A stretch of DNA of 46,795 bases from a virus (IMGVR_UViG_3300026196_000009:1-46795), one strand, 5' to 3'; positions 1 to 9,528 are shown, counted from the stretch's first letter. Notes: a model not told the origin generated them from the sequence alone. Translations and numbers: made by a program.

Positions 1-194
1 TAGCATTCACCGTACTTAATTTTCTCCTTACCAGCTATCACATCACACCCTCCCTGGTAGCAGTTACACCCTTCGCACGAGGATCCCACGTGCAGCGAGT
101 AGTACTCCGCGTACGCTGACCCATCGCACTTACCACCCCCAAGCTTATGAGGGAAGTGGTACGCACCGCAATCGCATATTGGTCTATAATCCAT
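1..194 (-). CDS. Cys/His-rich hypothetical protein, truncated by the window edge
   Basis: Read by hand: MDYRPICDCGAYHFPHKLGGGKCDG...CEGCNC..., open to position 1, directly after ORF 202-501. Confidence 0.7.
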   Translation of the reverse strand, partial: MDYRPICDCGAYHFPHKLGGGKCDGSAYAEYYSLHVGSSCEGCNCYQGGCDVIAGKEKIKYGEC

Positions 195-201
195 ATCGGT
201 C

Positions 202-501
202 TCACACCTTCCTGGGCCTCTTGAAAAATCCTACGTGGCGGTTATCTGGGGACTGTTCTACCTCAGCCCTAAACTCGATCCACGACCCCACACTGGCCCC
301 CAGTAGGTGCCTCGGTAGGGTTCCGAAGAACCGGTTATTGCCAGACTGCACCCATATGGTATAGCGAGGATTGTGCGCATCGAACCGATTATGAACGCGC
401 TTCAATGATGTGATCTCACCCATCACATTGTACGTGCCTCCGACAACCCCTGGTACCAGGTTACTCAGATCCACTCGGGGTTTTGCTTTGTATGTACCCA
501 T
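202..501 (-). CDS. hypothetical protein (possible OB-fold)
   Basis: 99-aa ORF directly downstream of the promoter at 535-563. Confidence 0.7.
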   Translation of the reverse strand: MGTYKAKPRVDLSNLVPGVVGGTYNVMGEITSLKRVHNRFDAHNPRYTIWVQSGNNRFFGTLPRHLLGASVGSWIEFRAEVEQSPDNRHVGFFKRPRKV

Positions 502-534
502 CCTTACTTCTCTTAATTAATTTAACTTAACGAG

Positions 535-563
535 ACTTTAGAGGAAAATGACGGAGGTGTCAA
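535..563 (-). promoter_or_regulatory. sigma70-type promoter with overlapping palindromic operator
   Basis: TTGACA-17 nt-TAAAGT; TGAC-N6-GTCA at 549-562. Confidence 0.75.
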
Positions 564-577
564 CTTTTATTTCAAAT

Positions 578-605
578 AAAAAAAAAAACCCGGCTCTAGG
601 CCGGG
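578..605 (-). terminator. rho-independent terminator
   Basis: CCCGGC-ctaga-GCCGGG followed by T11 on the minus strand, downstream of ORF 628-888. Confidence 0.85.
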
Positions 606-627
606 CAAGTTGGGGGAGGGTATTGAG

Positions 628-888
628 TTACTCGTAGCGGTGCCACTTAGTAGCGAAGCTAGGACCAACCTCGGCAGCAACCAGGGCTTTCAGCTTCATC
701 AGGTCTGTAGCCTTCGTATTGTCGTGCAGATGCACATGCAGGACATTGGATTCGAAGTGCCACGGTATATTGTGATCGAAGCGCTCGTCGGTAGGAGCCT
801 TCACCAGGTGAGCGCCTTCCTCGGCATTACCCAGGTAAGCCTTAATAGCGTATTCATTGGTACGTTTAATTGTTTGTAAGCCATGCAT
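628..888 (-). CDS. hypothetical protein
   Basis: 86-aa ORF with AAGGT RBS, between a promoter and a terminator. Confidence 0.7.
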   Translation of the reverse strand: MHGLQTIKRTNEYAIKAYLGNAEEGAHLVKAPTDERFDHNIPWHFESNVLHVHLHDNTKATDLMKLKALVAAEVGPSFATKWHRYE

Positions 889-920
889 GTCATTTTACCT
901 TTCGTTGATTGAGCTCTGAG

Positions 921-947
921 AGTATATCAGCAGGAGGTGTGTGTCAA
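921..947 (-). promoter_or_regulatory. putative promoter (TTGACA plus extended -10 TGnTATACT)
   Basis: TTGACA at 947-942 and TGaTATACT ending at 921; the spacer is only 15 nt. Confidence 0.5.
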
Positions 948-966
948 CAGCCAAACCGCGTCTATT

Positions 967-1230
967 TCATCTTGCTAATCTCCCAAATAAAAAGTTGTTA
1001 ATAGCCATCTCGGCGCGCCCTGGTGGGGGCGGTATCCGGGCCAGCTTTTGGATCTTACGACTGTGACTATCACAGCACCCTTTACGCTTGTTGTACTTAG
1101 AGCACGACTCTGGCACCCCAGTCTTACTCATGCGAAAAGGGATCCTGACTCCACACCCAGGAAGCTGACAGAACCTGGGGTCGTAGTTGCGCTCAAACTG
1201 CTTACCCTTAAGAGTGATTATAACCGTCAC
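967..1230 (-). CDS. small Cys-rich putative zinc-binding protein
   Basis: CQLPGC...KGCCDSH motifs; overlapping stop/start with neighbour. Confidence 0.65.
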   Translation of the reverse strand: MTVIITLKGKQFERNYDPRFCQLPGCGVRIPFRMSKTGVPESCSKYNKRKGCCDSHSRKIQKLARIPPPPGRAEMAINNFLFGRLAR

Positions 1231-1481
1231 GACTTGGGACTCCGGGCCTGCAACCTGACCGCATTATCCGCCAGCATCATTGCATAGTTAGCTACATGGA
1301 CCGCCTGCTTCACCACCTCGCCGTGTTTATTATCACACACCGCATTGTGCAGCTTGGCCTGACTCGCTTCTAGTTTGGCCTGCAGGTAGTTCTGCGTAGC
1401 CTCGGACCAGTGCGACTTATCGTCGTTCTCCTGCAGCACGAACTCCATGCGCTGGGAAAAATCTATTACTTCGGGTCTCAT
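1227..1481 (-). CDS. small all-alpha MazG-like/NTP pyrophosphohydrolase-like phage protein
   Basis: C-terminal VHVANYAMMLADN resembles the ExADVANFAMMI motif; ATGA coupling. Confidence 0.5.
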   Translation of the reverse strand: MRPEVIDFSQRMEFVLQENDDKSHWSEATQNYLQAKLEASQAKLHNAVCDNKHGEVVKQAVHVANYAMMLADNAVRLQARSPKS

Positions 1482-1912
1482 ATTGCATACCTCTCTAAGC
1501 CAGGAACCACAAGCACCCCATCCATCCAGGGAATTATAATTATCTTCATGTCGAAAACACGTTCGTTAGAATAAACCTCCACCTTAAAGGAGAACAATTT
1601 GTTCACCTCTAGGAACCCACCTAGCTCATCGAACTGCTTTGGCCCCATTAACACATACTCCCCCCGGTAATCGTATGACTTTAGGATGCCACCCTTCTGG
1701 CCCAATATACCCTCCAATATGTTCTTAGGATTGAACTCATGATAAGAGACCTTAGGCTGCGCTACATTAGAGTAGCACCCCAACTTACGCAGGATCCACA
1801 GAGCGAACCTCTGCAGCCTATAGTGCTTACGATCCTTACGGAATGTGAAGTGGTCCTTGAACTCCACAACCTCATGAGTGGTGGCCATCTCTATGTACTT
1901 AACAGTACTCAC
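1478..1912 (-). CDS. hypothetical protein
   Basis: 144-aa ORF coupled to both neighbours. Confidence 0.7.
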   Translation of the reverse strand: MSTVKYIEMATTHEVVEFKDHFTFRKDRKHYRLQRFALWILRKLGCYSNVAQPKVSYHEFNPKNILEGILGQKGGILKSYDYRGEYVLMGPKQFDELGGFLEVNKLFSFKVEVYSNERVFDMKIIIIPWMDGVLVVPGLERYAI

Positions 1913-2085
1913 ATCCCACCCCCGAACACGTACATCACAGACAATCCACTAAAGTAGATAGGTACTGCGAACAACCAAAGGTACCAGAGTGCCATCCACA
2001 CCTCCTCCCCCCGCTTGAACTTGGTGTGCAAGTGAGCCACTAGTGACACCAGCCAGATTAAAAATATGTAAAAGTGTAAGTCCAT
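1909..2085 (-). CDS. 58-aa two-TM membrane protein (below the ORF track cutoff)
   Basis: MDLHFYIFLIWLVSLVAH...WMALWYLWLFAVPIYFSGLSVMYVFGGGM; AGGAG RBS; fills the gap exactly. Confidence 0.7.
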   Translation of the reverse strand: MDLHFYIFLIWLVSLVAHLHTKFKRGEEVWMALWYLWLFAVPIYFSGLSVMYVFGGGM

Positions 2086-2094
2086 GATATTCTC

Positions 2095-4425
2095 CTAGAA
2101 AGTCGCGGGGCTCATGATGTACCCCTGTTTAAGTTCATAATCTGCTTTAACATCAGCCGGTGCTGCATCAATGTTGACTCCACCCTTGTAGAACAGGGTA
2201 GGTTTGCATCCCTCAGCCGACACCGCATTGTCCAGCCGCCCCATTTTGAGCGCAGGGTGTCTCATATAGCCTAGAGATTCCAGAGACTCCTTACGCTTAT
2301 AAGGGCTGATCTTGCCGTCGTAGTGGATCTCTTTAAGTAAGTTACCGAAGGCATAGCTGCTGATGTATCCACCACGGAACCCGGGTCGATCTTCTGCCAC
2401 AGCCTCCAGTACGCACTGCTCTACGAAACCCAAACTGTGGCCGATAGATTCATCGGTGCTGGATGACTTAGGCGCACGCTGGCATACGCCCGCTGGGTTC
2501 CACTCTTCTGGGATCTGGTAGGTATGCAGGAACTCTGACACCATTGCGTAACCATCATGCAATTTGAGCCAGTCATATACCCGCTTAAAATAGTCGTTAT
2601 TCATACCCTGGTCATGCAGATCCTGTGCGGATTGCTGGCCGGTGTACACTACGAAATAACGTCTCTGATCTTTGGTCAACTTCATGCAGTCCTTATGATT
2701 GCTAAACATCATAATGTTAGCCAGGTTGTCACCCGTGTATTGGGCCAGGCCCTTGTGCTGGATCTCCATCCGGTCATTAGTGATCAGGATCTTAAGAGGC
2801 TCAGTGGCATCTCTACGGTCTGACACATACACTTCCTCGATTGCTATAAACACCTTGCCCTCGATCCACCCATTAAACTTGAGGCCGCCACTGCTCAACT
2901 CGGATGCGTTAGGGTAGTGGGTATACCGGCGTCCCACAGCTTGCTCTACTACGCGAGCCAGCAGGGTCTTACCGTTGCCCTCGGTACCCTGGATGATCGG
3001 ACACCACTGAAACTTGGTGCCAACGTGCTGCACTGTAGCAGCCATGTACGCGTAGATAATATCTCGGTCGTGCTTCACCGGGAACAGTCGCTTCATGTGA
3101 TTATGGAATATAGTTATATCTCCAGACGACCGCTTAACTTTTATGGGTATGTAATTATTAACCAGAGTAAACCCGTCGTCCTCTACTATCGATAAAGGGG
3201 GCATAGCGGGTCTGAAACAAACACCATCAGCTCTGGGGAACCTGACGGCCTGATTACCTATGAACGCATCCCAGGCGTTGGTAGTAGTCTTATCATTCTG
3301 TGTATCCAGTGCGAACGTATACCCGGCGTACTCAGCTTTGAATTGCTCGGGCTTCAGCATCAAACCGTTGCCTGTCATCACGCAGTGATTGCGACGTAGA
3401 TAAACACAATTCTTGAAGTACTCTACCTGCTGCTGGCAACTCATGAACTGCACACCCACCGTGAAGGTAGGATCCAAACTTGCTGATGGCGATGTGGCCA
3501 GTGGCTCAGCCTCCTTGCGCTCTTTGTATACGTTCTTGCAGATGGATATAGCACCATCAATGGTCATCTGCATGTAGCTAGGGTGGGCCGTCCACTTCTC
3601 GCGGACTAGCTGACTCTGCCACATTAATCGTGTCATGCGCTCGGCGTCTTTACCTGTCCAGAAAGCGAGGTGAGAGGCAAGGGAAGCATCCGCGAGGCTT
3701 CGGTCAAAGGGGTCACGGTCGTTCTGTGTTGGGTACACTCTAGATAGTACGTCGACATTACACTCCCATAAATCCTTAATTGAAGCTTTTCCTCCGAAGA
3801 TAGCCGCCGCTCCTCCACGGGAGTTGAGCATGCGTCGTACAAGTTCAGTATCATCAAAAGGGCTGGAGTACTCCGCATCCGCGCGTTCACCATCTTGAGC
3901 CGATATTTCTCTTGGGGGGAAGTAGGTTTGTGTGAGCCACTGTAGCTGAGATGACCAATCGAGCCAAACGTCTCCGGTGGCTTCCGCTCCAGTAAGGTAT
4001 ACAAATCTTCCCTCTGTGTAGAATTCGATACAGTATTGTTTATTTTTCTTGCCATGATCTCCTACGCTCCCACATCCAAATATGTGTAAACCATCACCAC
4101 TCATGGATGTCTCCATTGCGGCACCTTTAAAGACTCCCAGAAGTTGGGCTGCTATATCATTGAGCTGTCCGGTTGACGTATCGATGCAGTGATCGAGATC
4201 CAGGAACCAGAAAGGATCACGCTCGGTGAACACAAATCCGACTCCCATCCCGAGGGTATCAGCAAGTGCTATTGCTCTGGAATAATCCATCTGGTTCTGG
4301 GGTAGATGGGGATCCATCGGACGCCCGGATAAGTCGACCGGGGTCTTGCGACCGTTGATCACTTTACACAGCACAAACTGGGGGTACTGCTCCCAGGCTT
4401 TGAGAGATGCTGGCAGGGACTTCAT
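2095..4425 (-). CDS. primase-polymerase fused to SF3/D5-like helicase
   Basis: N-terminal LDLDHC and SGDGLHIF prim-pol motifs; DRSLAD-containing PriCT-like region; Walker A GTEGNGKT; Walker B IAIEE. Confidence 0.9.
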   Translation of the reverse strand: MKSLPASLKAWEQYPQFVLCKVINGRKTPVDLSGRPMDPHLPQNQMDYSRAIALADTLGMGVGFVFTERDPFWFLDLDHCIDTSTGQLNDIAAQLLGVFKGAAMETSMSGDGLHIFGCGSVGDHGKKNKQYCIEFYTEGRFVYLTGAEATGDVWLDWSSQLQWLTQTYFPPREISAQDGERADAEYSSPFDDTELVRRMLNSRGGAAAIFGGKASIKDLWECNVDVLSRVYPTQNDRDPFDRSLADASLASHLAFWTGKDAERMTRLMWQSQLVREKWTAHPSYMQMTIDGAISICKNVYKERKEAEPLATSPSASLDPTFTVGVQFMSCQQQVEYFKNCVYLRRNHCVMTGNGLMLKPEQFKAEYAGYTFALDTQNDKTTTNAWDAFIGNQAVRFPRADGVCFRPAMPPLSIVEDDGFTLVNNYIPIKVKRSSGDITIFHNHMKRLFPVKHDRDIIYAYMAATVQHVGTKFQWCPIIQGTEGNGKTLLARVVEQAVGRRYTHYPNASELSSGGLKFNGWIEGKVFIAIEEVYVSDRRDATEPLKILITNDRMEIQHKGLAQYTGDNLANIMMFSNHKDCMKLTKDQRRYFVVYTGQQSAQDLHDQGMNNDYFKRVYDWLKLHDGYAMVSEFLHTYQIPEEWNPAGVCQRAPKSSSTDESIGHSLGFVEQCVLEAVAEDRPGFRGGYISSYAFGNLLKEIHYDGKISPYKRKESLESLGYMRHPALKMGRLDNAVSAEGCKPTLFYKGGVNIDAAPADVKADYELKQGYIMSPATF

Positions 4426-4715
4426 GCCATACGCGCCAGTATATCTTCTCTCTGGGCCTTGGGCACCTTACGCATCACGTACGGATCCCGAGCCAGGATA
4501 GCTTGCGCCATGATGGGCTTGTTAGCCGTACGAACTGCGTGGCGCACAATACTCTTGCGCATCTGAGCCATAGTGCCGAGATGCAGGGATACCGTACCTG
4601 TGGCTATGACAGCTTTGTCCGCGATCATCTCCCGAGTAATGTGATGGTACCCGTGCTTCTCGGCCAGCTTGACTGCTATCTGCAGCGTAGAGTTAGCCTT
4701 TGACATATTGGCCAT
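4422..4715 (-). CDS. TetR-like helix-turn-helix regulator
   Basis: AVKLAEKHGYHHITREMIADKAVIATGTVSLHL matches the TetR N-terminal HTH pattern. Confidence 0.75.
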   Translation of the reverse strand: MANMSKANSTLQIAVKLAEKHGYHHITREMIADKAVIATGTVSLHLGTMAQMRKSIVRHAVRTANKPIMAQAILARDPYVMRKVPKAQREDILARMA

Positions 4716-4899
4716 CCCCCAGTCTACGTGCAGGGCCTGTAGATACTAATACATTCTCAATGATACCTGGTACGCTACGTGAGGGTATTGTCACAATCTT
4801 GGTGGATTGATACAGCACTTTATCCCGAGATGGCTCCCTGACTTTGAGTGCCTTACGATAATTATCAAAGGACTCGTTTGGTTTTCTTGCTCTGTTCAT
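4693..4899 (-). CDS. hypothetical protein
   Basis: 68 aa, GAGGT RBS, first gene after the promoter at 4929-4957. Confidence 0.65.
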   Translation of the reverse strand: MNRARKPNESFDNYRKALKVREPSRDKVLYQSTKIVTIPSRSVPGIIENVLVSTGPARRLGDGQYVKG

Positions 4900-4928
4900 T
4901 TTTGGTTACCTCGTATTAATCTTTGCGG

Positions 4929-4957
4929 ATATTACTTGCGTATGACGTCTACGTCAA
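4929..4957 (-). promoter_or_regulatory. sigma70-type promoter with overlapping palindromic operator
   Basis: TTGACG-17 nt-TAATAT; TGACG-N4-CGTCA at 4943-4956. Confidence 0.75.
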
Positions 4958-5426
4958 CGCCATTTGTAAAACTAGCAGCACCACCCCACGCCACAACGAT
5001 CTCCAGGTACCGCAATTGTGCGGCCTCGTGCTCGTCCCCTGTGTACTTCCAACCAGGTCTCTTGCACTCCTCAGCCGTGAATTGCCCGATTATGGCACCC
5101 ACCATCTCGGGTGTGATAAGTATGGGAGTAATACCAATTAGGTCACTAGACTTGACCTGCTTATTGACCTTAGCTGAGTCATTGGCCAGGCCATAGCGGA
5201 CCGGCACACCACGCTCGTCTCGTATGGCACCCACATTATTGCGCCACATGATGCGACCCTCCCGAGCCGCTTGTAGTCGGCGCATATTCTGTACCGAGGT
5301 CTCATCAGTTAGCTTGATATCACCCACATTGTTAGGCTGGCTAGGATCCAAACCCATCTGCAAACGCAAGTCATCCACAGCCTCAACAGGAATCCCCCAC
5401 CCCATACCCCATAAGTACAGGTTCAT
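4932..5426 (-). CDS. VRR-NUC / PD-(D/E)xK nuclease (resolvase-like)
   Basis: WRNNVG, RYGL, SSDLIG, EECKRP and QLRYL motifs; start placed at the ATGA overlap. Confidence 0.85.
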   Translation of the reverse strand: MNLYLWGMGWGIPVEAVDDLRLQMGLDPSQPNNVGDIKLTDETSVQNMRRLQAAREGRIMWRNNVGAIRDERGVPVRYGLANDSAKVNKQVKSSDLIGITPILITPEMVGAIIGQFTAEECKRPGWKYTGDEHEAAQLRYLEIVVAWGGAASFTNGVDVDVIRK

Positions 5427-5932
5427 AGCCCTGCCTCCCTGATCTGCTTCATCCTGGCCTGGCACACTCTGGTAGCCTCTGCATAATTATCAGCCTTGAT
5501 CAAATCAGATAAGTACTCGGAATCCCATATTTTACCGGGGTGTGGGACTGGGCCCACCACTCTGTACTCTTTGATACCACCTATATCTGACGCAGGCACG
5601 CTCCAGTCTAAGGACCCGATTTGGGGTTTAATCTCTTTAACATATCCCAGTGAGTTGATAGTCACCCTCACACATACCTTAGTATGGTCAGGTAAATTTG
5701 GTTTCTTTCCGGTCGCTTTGATCCACCCATCCTTGTCAGTATAGAGAGATGGCTCGAGAACCCGGTACCGCACGATCCCTCCTATACACCATACAGGAAT
5801 CGTCCAATCTAAAGACCCCACTGCGTAGTCGTATTCTGACGTGTCCCCTTTAGTATTACGTACCGCGCACTCGACTAAAGTGTCGTCAGGTAAATCAGGT
5901 TTCTCTCCGGTCGCTTTGATCCAGTCGCTCAT
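5423..5932 (-). CDS. hypothetical protein with an internally duplicated domain
   Basis: Two copies of WIKATGxKPxLP...GSLDW...IGGIxxYRV. Confidence 0.75.
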   Translation of the reverse strand: MSDWIKATGEKPDLPDDTLVECAVRNTKGDTSEYDYAVGSLDWTIPVWCIGGIVRYRVLEPSLYTDKDGWIKATGKKPNLPDHTKVCVRVTINSLGYVKEIKPQIGSLDWSVPASDIGGIKEYRVVGPVPHPGKIWDSEYLSDLIKADNYAEATRVCQARMKQIREAGL

Positions 5933-7563
5933 TGTAGTGCCTCTCGTATTTTAAGTTTAAGTGACTCAGCATCTGATCTGCTGAGGGCTTGGGCCGATAA
6001 CATATCGATCCCAAATTTGTGGTAGAACCTGCGCTGTATCTCCGCGTCTGGCCTACCCTGAATGTGGTGTTTAGCTGACCACCAGCCCATGGTGCGGCGC
6101 AGGTCTTCGTGCTCCAGGTACCGTAGTCCGTGATTCTTAACCGCCCCACCGATGGCAGCTGGTGGTGCTCCTGCATGCATCATTCTTGACTTGAGCGCCA
6201 GTGGGTCCTCAATGATTTTGTCGGCCTCTTTGCGCATCTGCGCCAGCACTTCAGGGCTCAGCTCAAATAGATCTCCATCCACATACTCAGGCTTGGATCT
6301 CTCTTCGGGAGTCCACTTAGCCCCACAGAACGGGCAGTGTATCAGCACGCGCTCGTACGGCTGAGTGCATGACGGACAGTAGCGCAGAGGTATATCGTCC
6401 TCGGGTCTCTTGGATCTCGGGGATCGCTCACCTGCATCTAATGACCACATTTTCTCAGCATCGGGCAGTCGGTGTCTTACTACATTACCCACATGGTCTA
6501 TGATGAGAGCCCGGTCCTTACCCTCCAGCACTCTGAGTGCTCGACCAAACTGCTGCACGTACAGTGCATAGCTCTGTGTCGGACGACCGAAGGTTACCAC
6601 CTCCACCGCAGGCAAGTCGAACCCCTCACCAAACAAATCTACATTGACAAGCTGCAGGATACTTCTGCGTTTAAATCTACGAAGTATTTCAGTGCGCACA
6701 CGGGCTGGAGTCTTAGCCGACACAACCTCGGCAGGTACCCCGGACGCATTGTACTTTGCGGCAACTTCAGTGGCGGTATCAACGGAGTCAACAAAGGTGA
6801 TCCCCAGCTTGCCCGGAGCAATCCTCTTATAGTGATCCACTATGTCCCCTATTATATGGGACTCCTGCACAGCTTTGTGTAGCTGTACCTTTTTAAAATC
6901 ACCATCAGCTCCAGTCTCAACGTGGGTGATATCTATGTCAGAGGGAGGGGCGAACACTCTGTAGTCGGTGAGGAACCCCCGCGTAATCAGCTCACGCATA
7001 GATGGCCCCACAGCCATAGAGTCGAAGACCCCATCGGCATGGGACCCCAGGCCCTTACGATCTGCTCTGATCGGTGTGGCAGTCACACCCAGGCCACGGG
7101 CGTTGGGGAACATAGCTACACCCTTTCCCCACTTATTGGATCGTAGGAGGTGATGACATTCATCCGTCACCCACAATGACACTTGATTCGCCCACCGCCC
7201 AAGGTCTGCAGGGCGTGCTCGTATCATAGTGTCGACGCTGGCCACTTTAACGGGGGAGTCCTGGTTTATCAGGATAGTGCCCAACTCATTCATCTGATCT
7301 ACGGAAAGCTCCTTGACCAGCGCCTCAGCACCAATGATACCATGCCGCACACCTTGCCGGGCGAACGCCATGGATATCTGTGATACTAACTCTTTGCGGT
7401 GAGCTACAGCCACAGATGCGCCATCGTGGTCGTGAGTTATGCTACTGAACAGGTAGGTCTTACCACCACCAGTCGGGAGTACGCCCATCACATTTCTATC
7501 CCCGAGGTCCCACCTCCTGTAGATATCTTCCTTAAGGGCTTGTTGGTAATCGTGTAGCGGCAT
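5929..7563 (-). CDS. superfamily 2 DExH helicase with C-terminal zinc finger
   Basis: PTGGGKT, DECHH, TATP, EGFDLP, QQFGRALR, CPSC...CPFC. Confidence 0.95.
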   Translation of the reverse strand: MPLHDYQQALKEDIYRRWDLGDRNVMGVLPTGGGKTYLFSSITHDHDGASVAVAHRKELVSQISMAFARQGVRHGIIGAEALVKELSVDQMNELGTILINQDSPVKVASVDTMIRARPADLGRWANQVSLWVTDECHHLLRSNKWGKGVAMFPNARGLGVTATPIRADRKGLGSHADGVFDSMAVGPSMRELITRGFLTDYRVFAPPSDIDITHVETGADGDFKKVQLHKAVQESHIIGDIVDHYKRIAPGKLGITFVDSVDTATEVAAKYNASGVPAEVVSAKTPARVRTEILRRFKRRSILQLVNVDLFGEGFDLPAVEVVTFGRPTQSYALYVQQFGRALRVLEGKDRALIIDHVGNVVRHRLPDAEKMWSLDAGERSPRSKRPEDDIPLRYCPSCTQPYERVLIHCPFCGAKWTPEERSKPEYVDGDLFELSPEVLAQMRKEADKIIEDPLALKSRMMHAGAPPAAIGGAVKNHGLRYLEHEDLRRTMGWWSAKHHIQGRPDAEIQRRFYHKFGIDMLSAQALSRSDAESLKLKIREALQ

Positions 7564-7581
7564 AAATATTCACTCAGTGTG

Positions 7582-7624
7582 TTGACGAGACCGTCATCTT
7601 ACTGTAATCTCCCCAACCGTGCAA
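7582..7624. promoter_or_regulatory. overlapping divergent promoters sharing one operator
   Basis: Plus: TTGACG(7582)-17-TAATCT(7610). Minus: TTGCAC(7624)-17-TAAGAT(7596). TGACG-N4-CGTCA at 7583-7596. Confidence 0.7.
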
Positions 7625-7657
7625 GACACATTAACGAAATATCTTTAGGAGATAACA

Positions 7658-8350
7658 ATGCAAATAACTATTAATGGCTACGACCCTCTGTACGTACTGG
7701 AAGCTGCACAAGCAGCTCTGTCTCACGTTATCCAACACCGTCCAAAAGATGATGGCTACGGAGATTTCATCGCGGAGGTACCTATGGTATCATCAGGGGT
7801 ATCGGAAGAAGCTGCTACAGCTAAGCAGACAGACTGGGTCGAAGCAACCCCTCCACCCCCAGCTGAAGCAGCACCAGCTGAAGCAACCCCTCCACCGCAG
7901 GAAGCTCCAGCACCAGCACCAGCACCAGCACCAGCAGGCGACCTGGACAGCGCGGGCGTACCGTGGGACGAGCGAATCCACTCATCTGGTGAGACTAAGA
8001 TGAAGAACGGACAATGGACCAAGAAGCGTGGTGTTGACCAAGCTGAGTACGAGCGCGTGGTCGCTGAACTGAAGGGTGCTGCACCGGCAGAGCATACCCC
8101 ACCGGCACCTGCGCCTGCGCTAGCATCTGACTCAACTCCTCCACCCCCACCGCAAGTGCAGGCTCAAGCAACTAGTGAGCTGAAGTGGGAAGAAGTTGTG
8201 GATCGCGTGCTGAAAGCTAAGAGCGCGGGCACTGTCAACCAGGATCAACTGGAGCGTCAGGCTACAGGTCTGGGTGTTGCAGGCGGTTTTGCTGAGCTGG
8301 TATTGCATCCTGAACAGTGGACTCGCTTTGTGCTAGGGTTGGGAATCTAA
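7658..8350 (+). CDS. Pro/Ala-rich phage protein of the replication module
   Basis: AGGAG RBS; DSAGVPWDERIHS...GQWTKKRG core between low-complexity linkers. Confidence 0.75.
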   Translation: MQITINGYDPLYVLEAAQAALSHVIQHRPKDDGYGDFIAEVPMVSSGVSEEAATAKQTDWVEATPPPPAEAAPAEATPPPQEAPAPAPAPAPAGDLDSAGVPWDERIHSSGETKMKNGQWTKKRGVDQAEYERVVAELKGAAPAEHTPPAPAPALASDSTPPPPPQVQAQATSELKWEEVVDRVLKAKSAGTVNQDQLERQATGLGVAGGFAELVLHPEQWTRFVLGLGI

Positions 8351-9528
8351 TGATCACCGAGCACAGTAAACTATTCGGTTTTAGTGGTGCTCATCGTTGG
8401 TCCGGGGACGCGTGCCCCGGATCAGTTCTCATGTGCCTCGATGAACCTAATGAGGACACAGAGGAGTCCCGCGAGGGTGACGCCGCACACTGGGTGTGTG
8501 AGGTGATGCTAAAGGCTTTCCTCGAACGCGTCGATCATAGTGGTGTGGCCGCAGGTGAGAGGCTGCTGGGGGTGGCTAATCCCACTAATGGGGCCATAGT
8601 GACTGAGGAAATGATAGAGGCTGCCATAGGCTACCACAATTCAATTGTCCAGAACGTCACTACTAAGTCTCAGGCGGCAGTTGAGTTCCGAGTAGCAGCG
8701 CCCAGTATCCATGCTCAAGCATACGGTACCGCAGACTTTCTCTATTATCAGTCCGAGACTAACACCCTTTATGTTTTTGACTTCAAGTATGGTCATAAGG
8801 CACTTCCTATCTTTCGCAATAAGCAGTTGATGGGGTACGCTCAGGCAGCGTGCGAGACCTGGGGCCTAACTGATCTGAAGCCGAGGTTATGTCTCAACCT
8901 GTACATGCCCCGGTGCTTCGATGGCCGGGGTGCCCTACGAACCTGGAATACCTCGTACGACGAGATCCAATATGATGTTGCGCAGATGAGATTGGCAGCA
9001 CAGCAGTACGAGGATGGCACAACTAAAGTGTGTAGTGGTTCGTGGTGCTACAAGTGTCCTGCAGGGTATAAGTGTCCTGCTATCCGGGACGCAGCTGGAT
9101 ACGCGATTGACTACAGCTACTCACCTGTAGCGGCAGAGCCTAGCAATGACCACATTGCATATGAGCTGGATGTGGCCTACAAAGCTGCTGATAGGCTTAA
9201 GCAACGTATAGATATGCTAGAGACTCGAGCGACTCACAAGATCACGCATGGTGAGTTCATACAGGGATACCGCATGGATACTACTTACGGTAGAGACTCG
9301 TGGAGTGTACCTGCTAAAACTGTGATCGACATCGGTAACTTGTACGGTGCAGACCTCAGTAAACCAGACGTGGCTCTGACCCCTAATCAGGCAGCAGCTG
9401 CACTGAAAAAGAAAGGTGTTGACGCTGCCGTCATTAAGCCTTACTATTCGAAGTCGAAGACCGGAGTTAAGCTTGTGCAAGACGATGGTACTAGAGCTAA
9501 ATTAATTTTCTCAGGAGAAAAGCAATGA
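8350..9528 (+). CDS. Cas4-like exonuclease (DUF2800-type)
   Basis: EGDAAH, VEFRV, GTADF, FDFKYG, QLMGYA, WCYKCPA...CP; TAATG coupling. Confidence 0.85.
   Translation: MITEHSKLFGFSGAHRWSGDACPGSVLMCLDEPNEDTEESREGDAAHWVCEVMLKAFLERVDHSGVAAGERLLGVANPTNGAIVTEEMIEAAIGYHNSIVQNVTTKSQAAVEFRVAAPSIHAQAYGTADFLYYQSETNTLYVFDFKYGHKALPIFRNKQLMGYAQAACETWGLTDLKPRLCLNLYMPRCFDGRGALRTWNTSYDEIQYDVAQMRLAAQQYEDGTTKVCSGSWCYKCPAGYKCPAIRDAAGYAIDYSYSPVAAEPSNDHIAYELDVAYKAADRLKQRIDMLETRATHKITHGEFIQGYRMDTTYGRDSWSVPAKTVIDIGNLYGADLSKPDVALTPNQAAAALKKKGVDAAVIKPYYSKSKTGVKLVQDDGTRAKLIFSGEKQ

Noticed and set aside
7850-7935. CCAGCA tandem repeats, and similar Gln/Pro repeats at 10170-10260, as phase-variable elements
   Set aside because: They are in-frame multiples of 3 encoding Pro/Ala/Gln linkers, which is ordinary low complexity.
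8350-9528. Cas4 as evidence of a CRISPR-Cas system
   Set aside because: It is a stand-alone phage exonuclease in the usual exonuclease-SSB-PolA context; no other cas genes or array are present.
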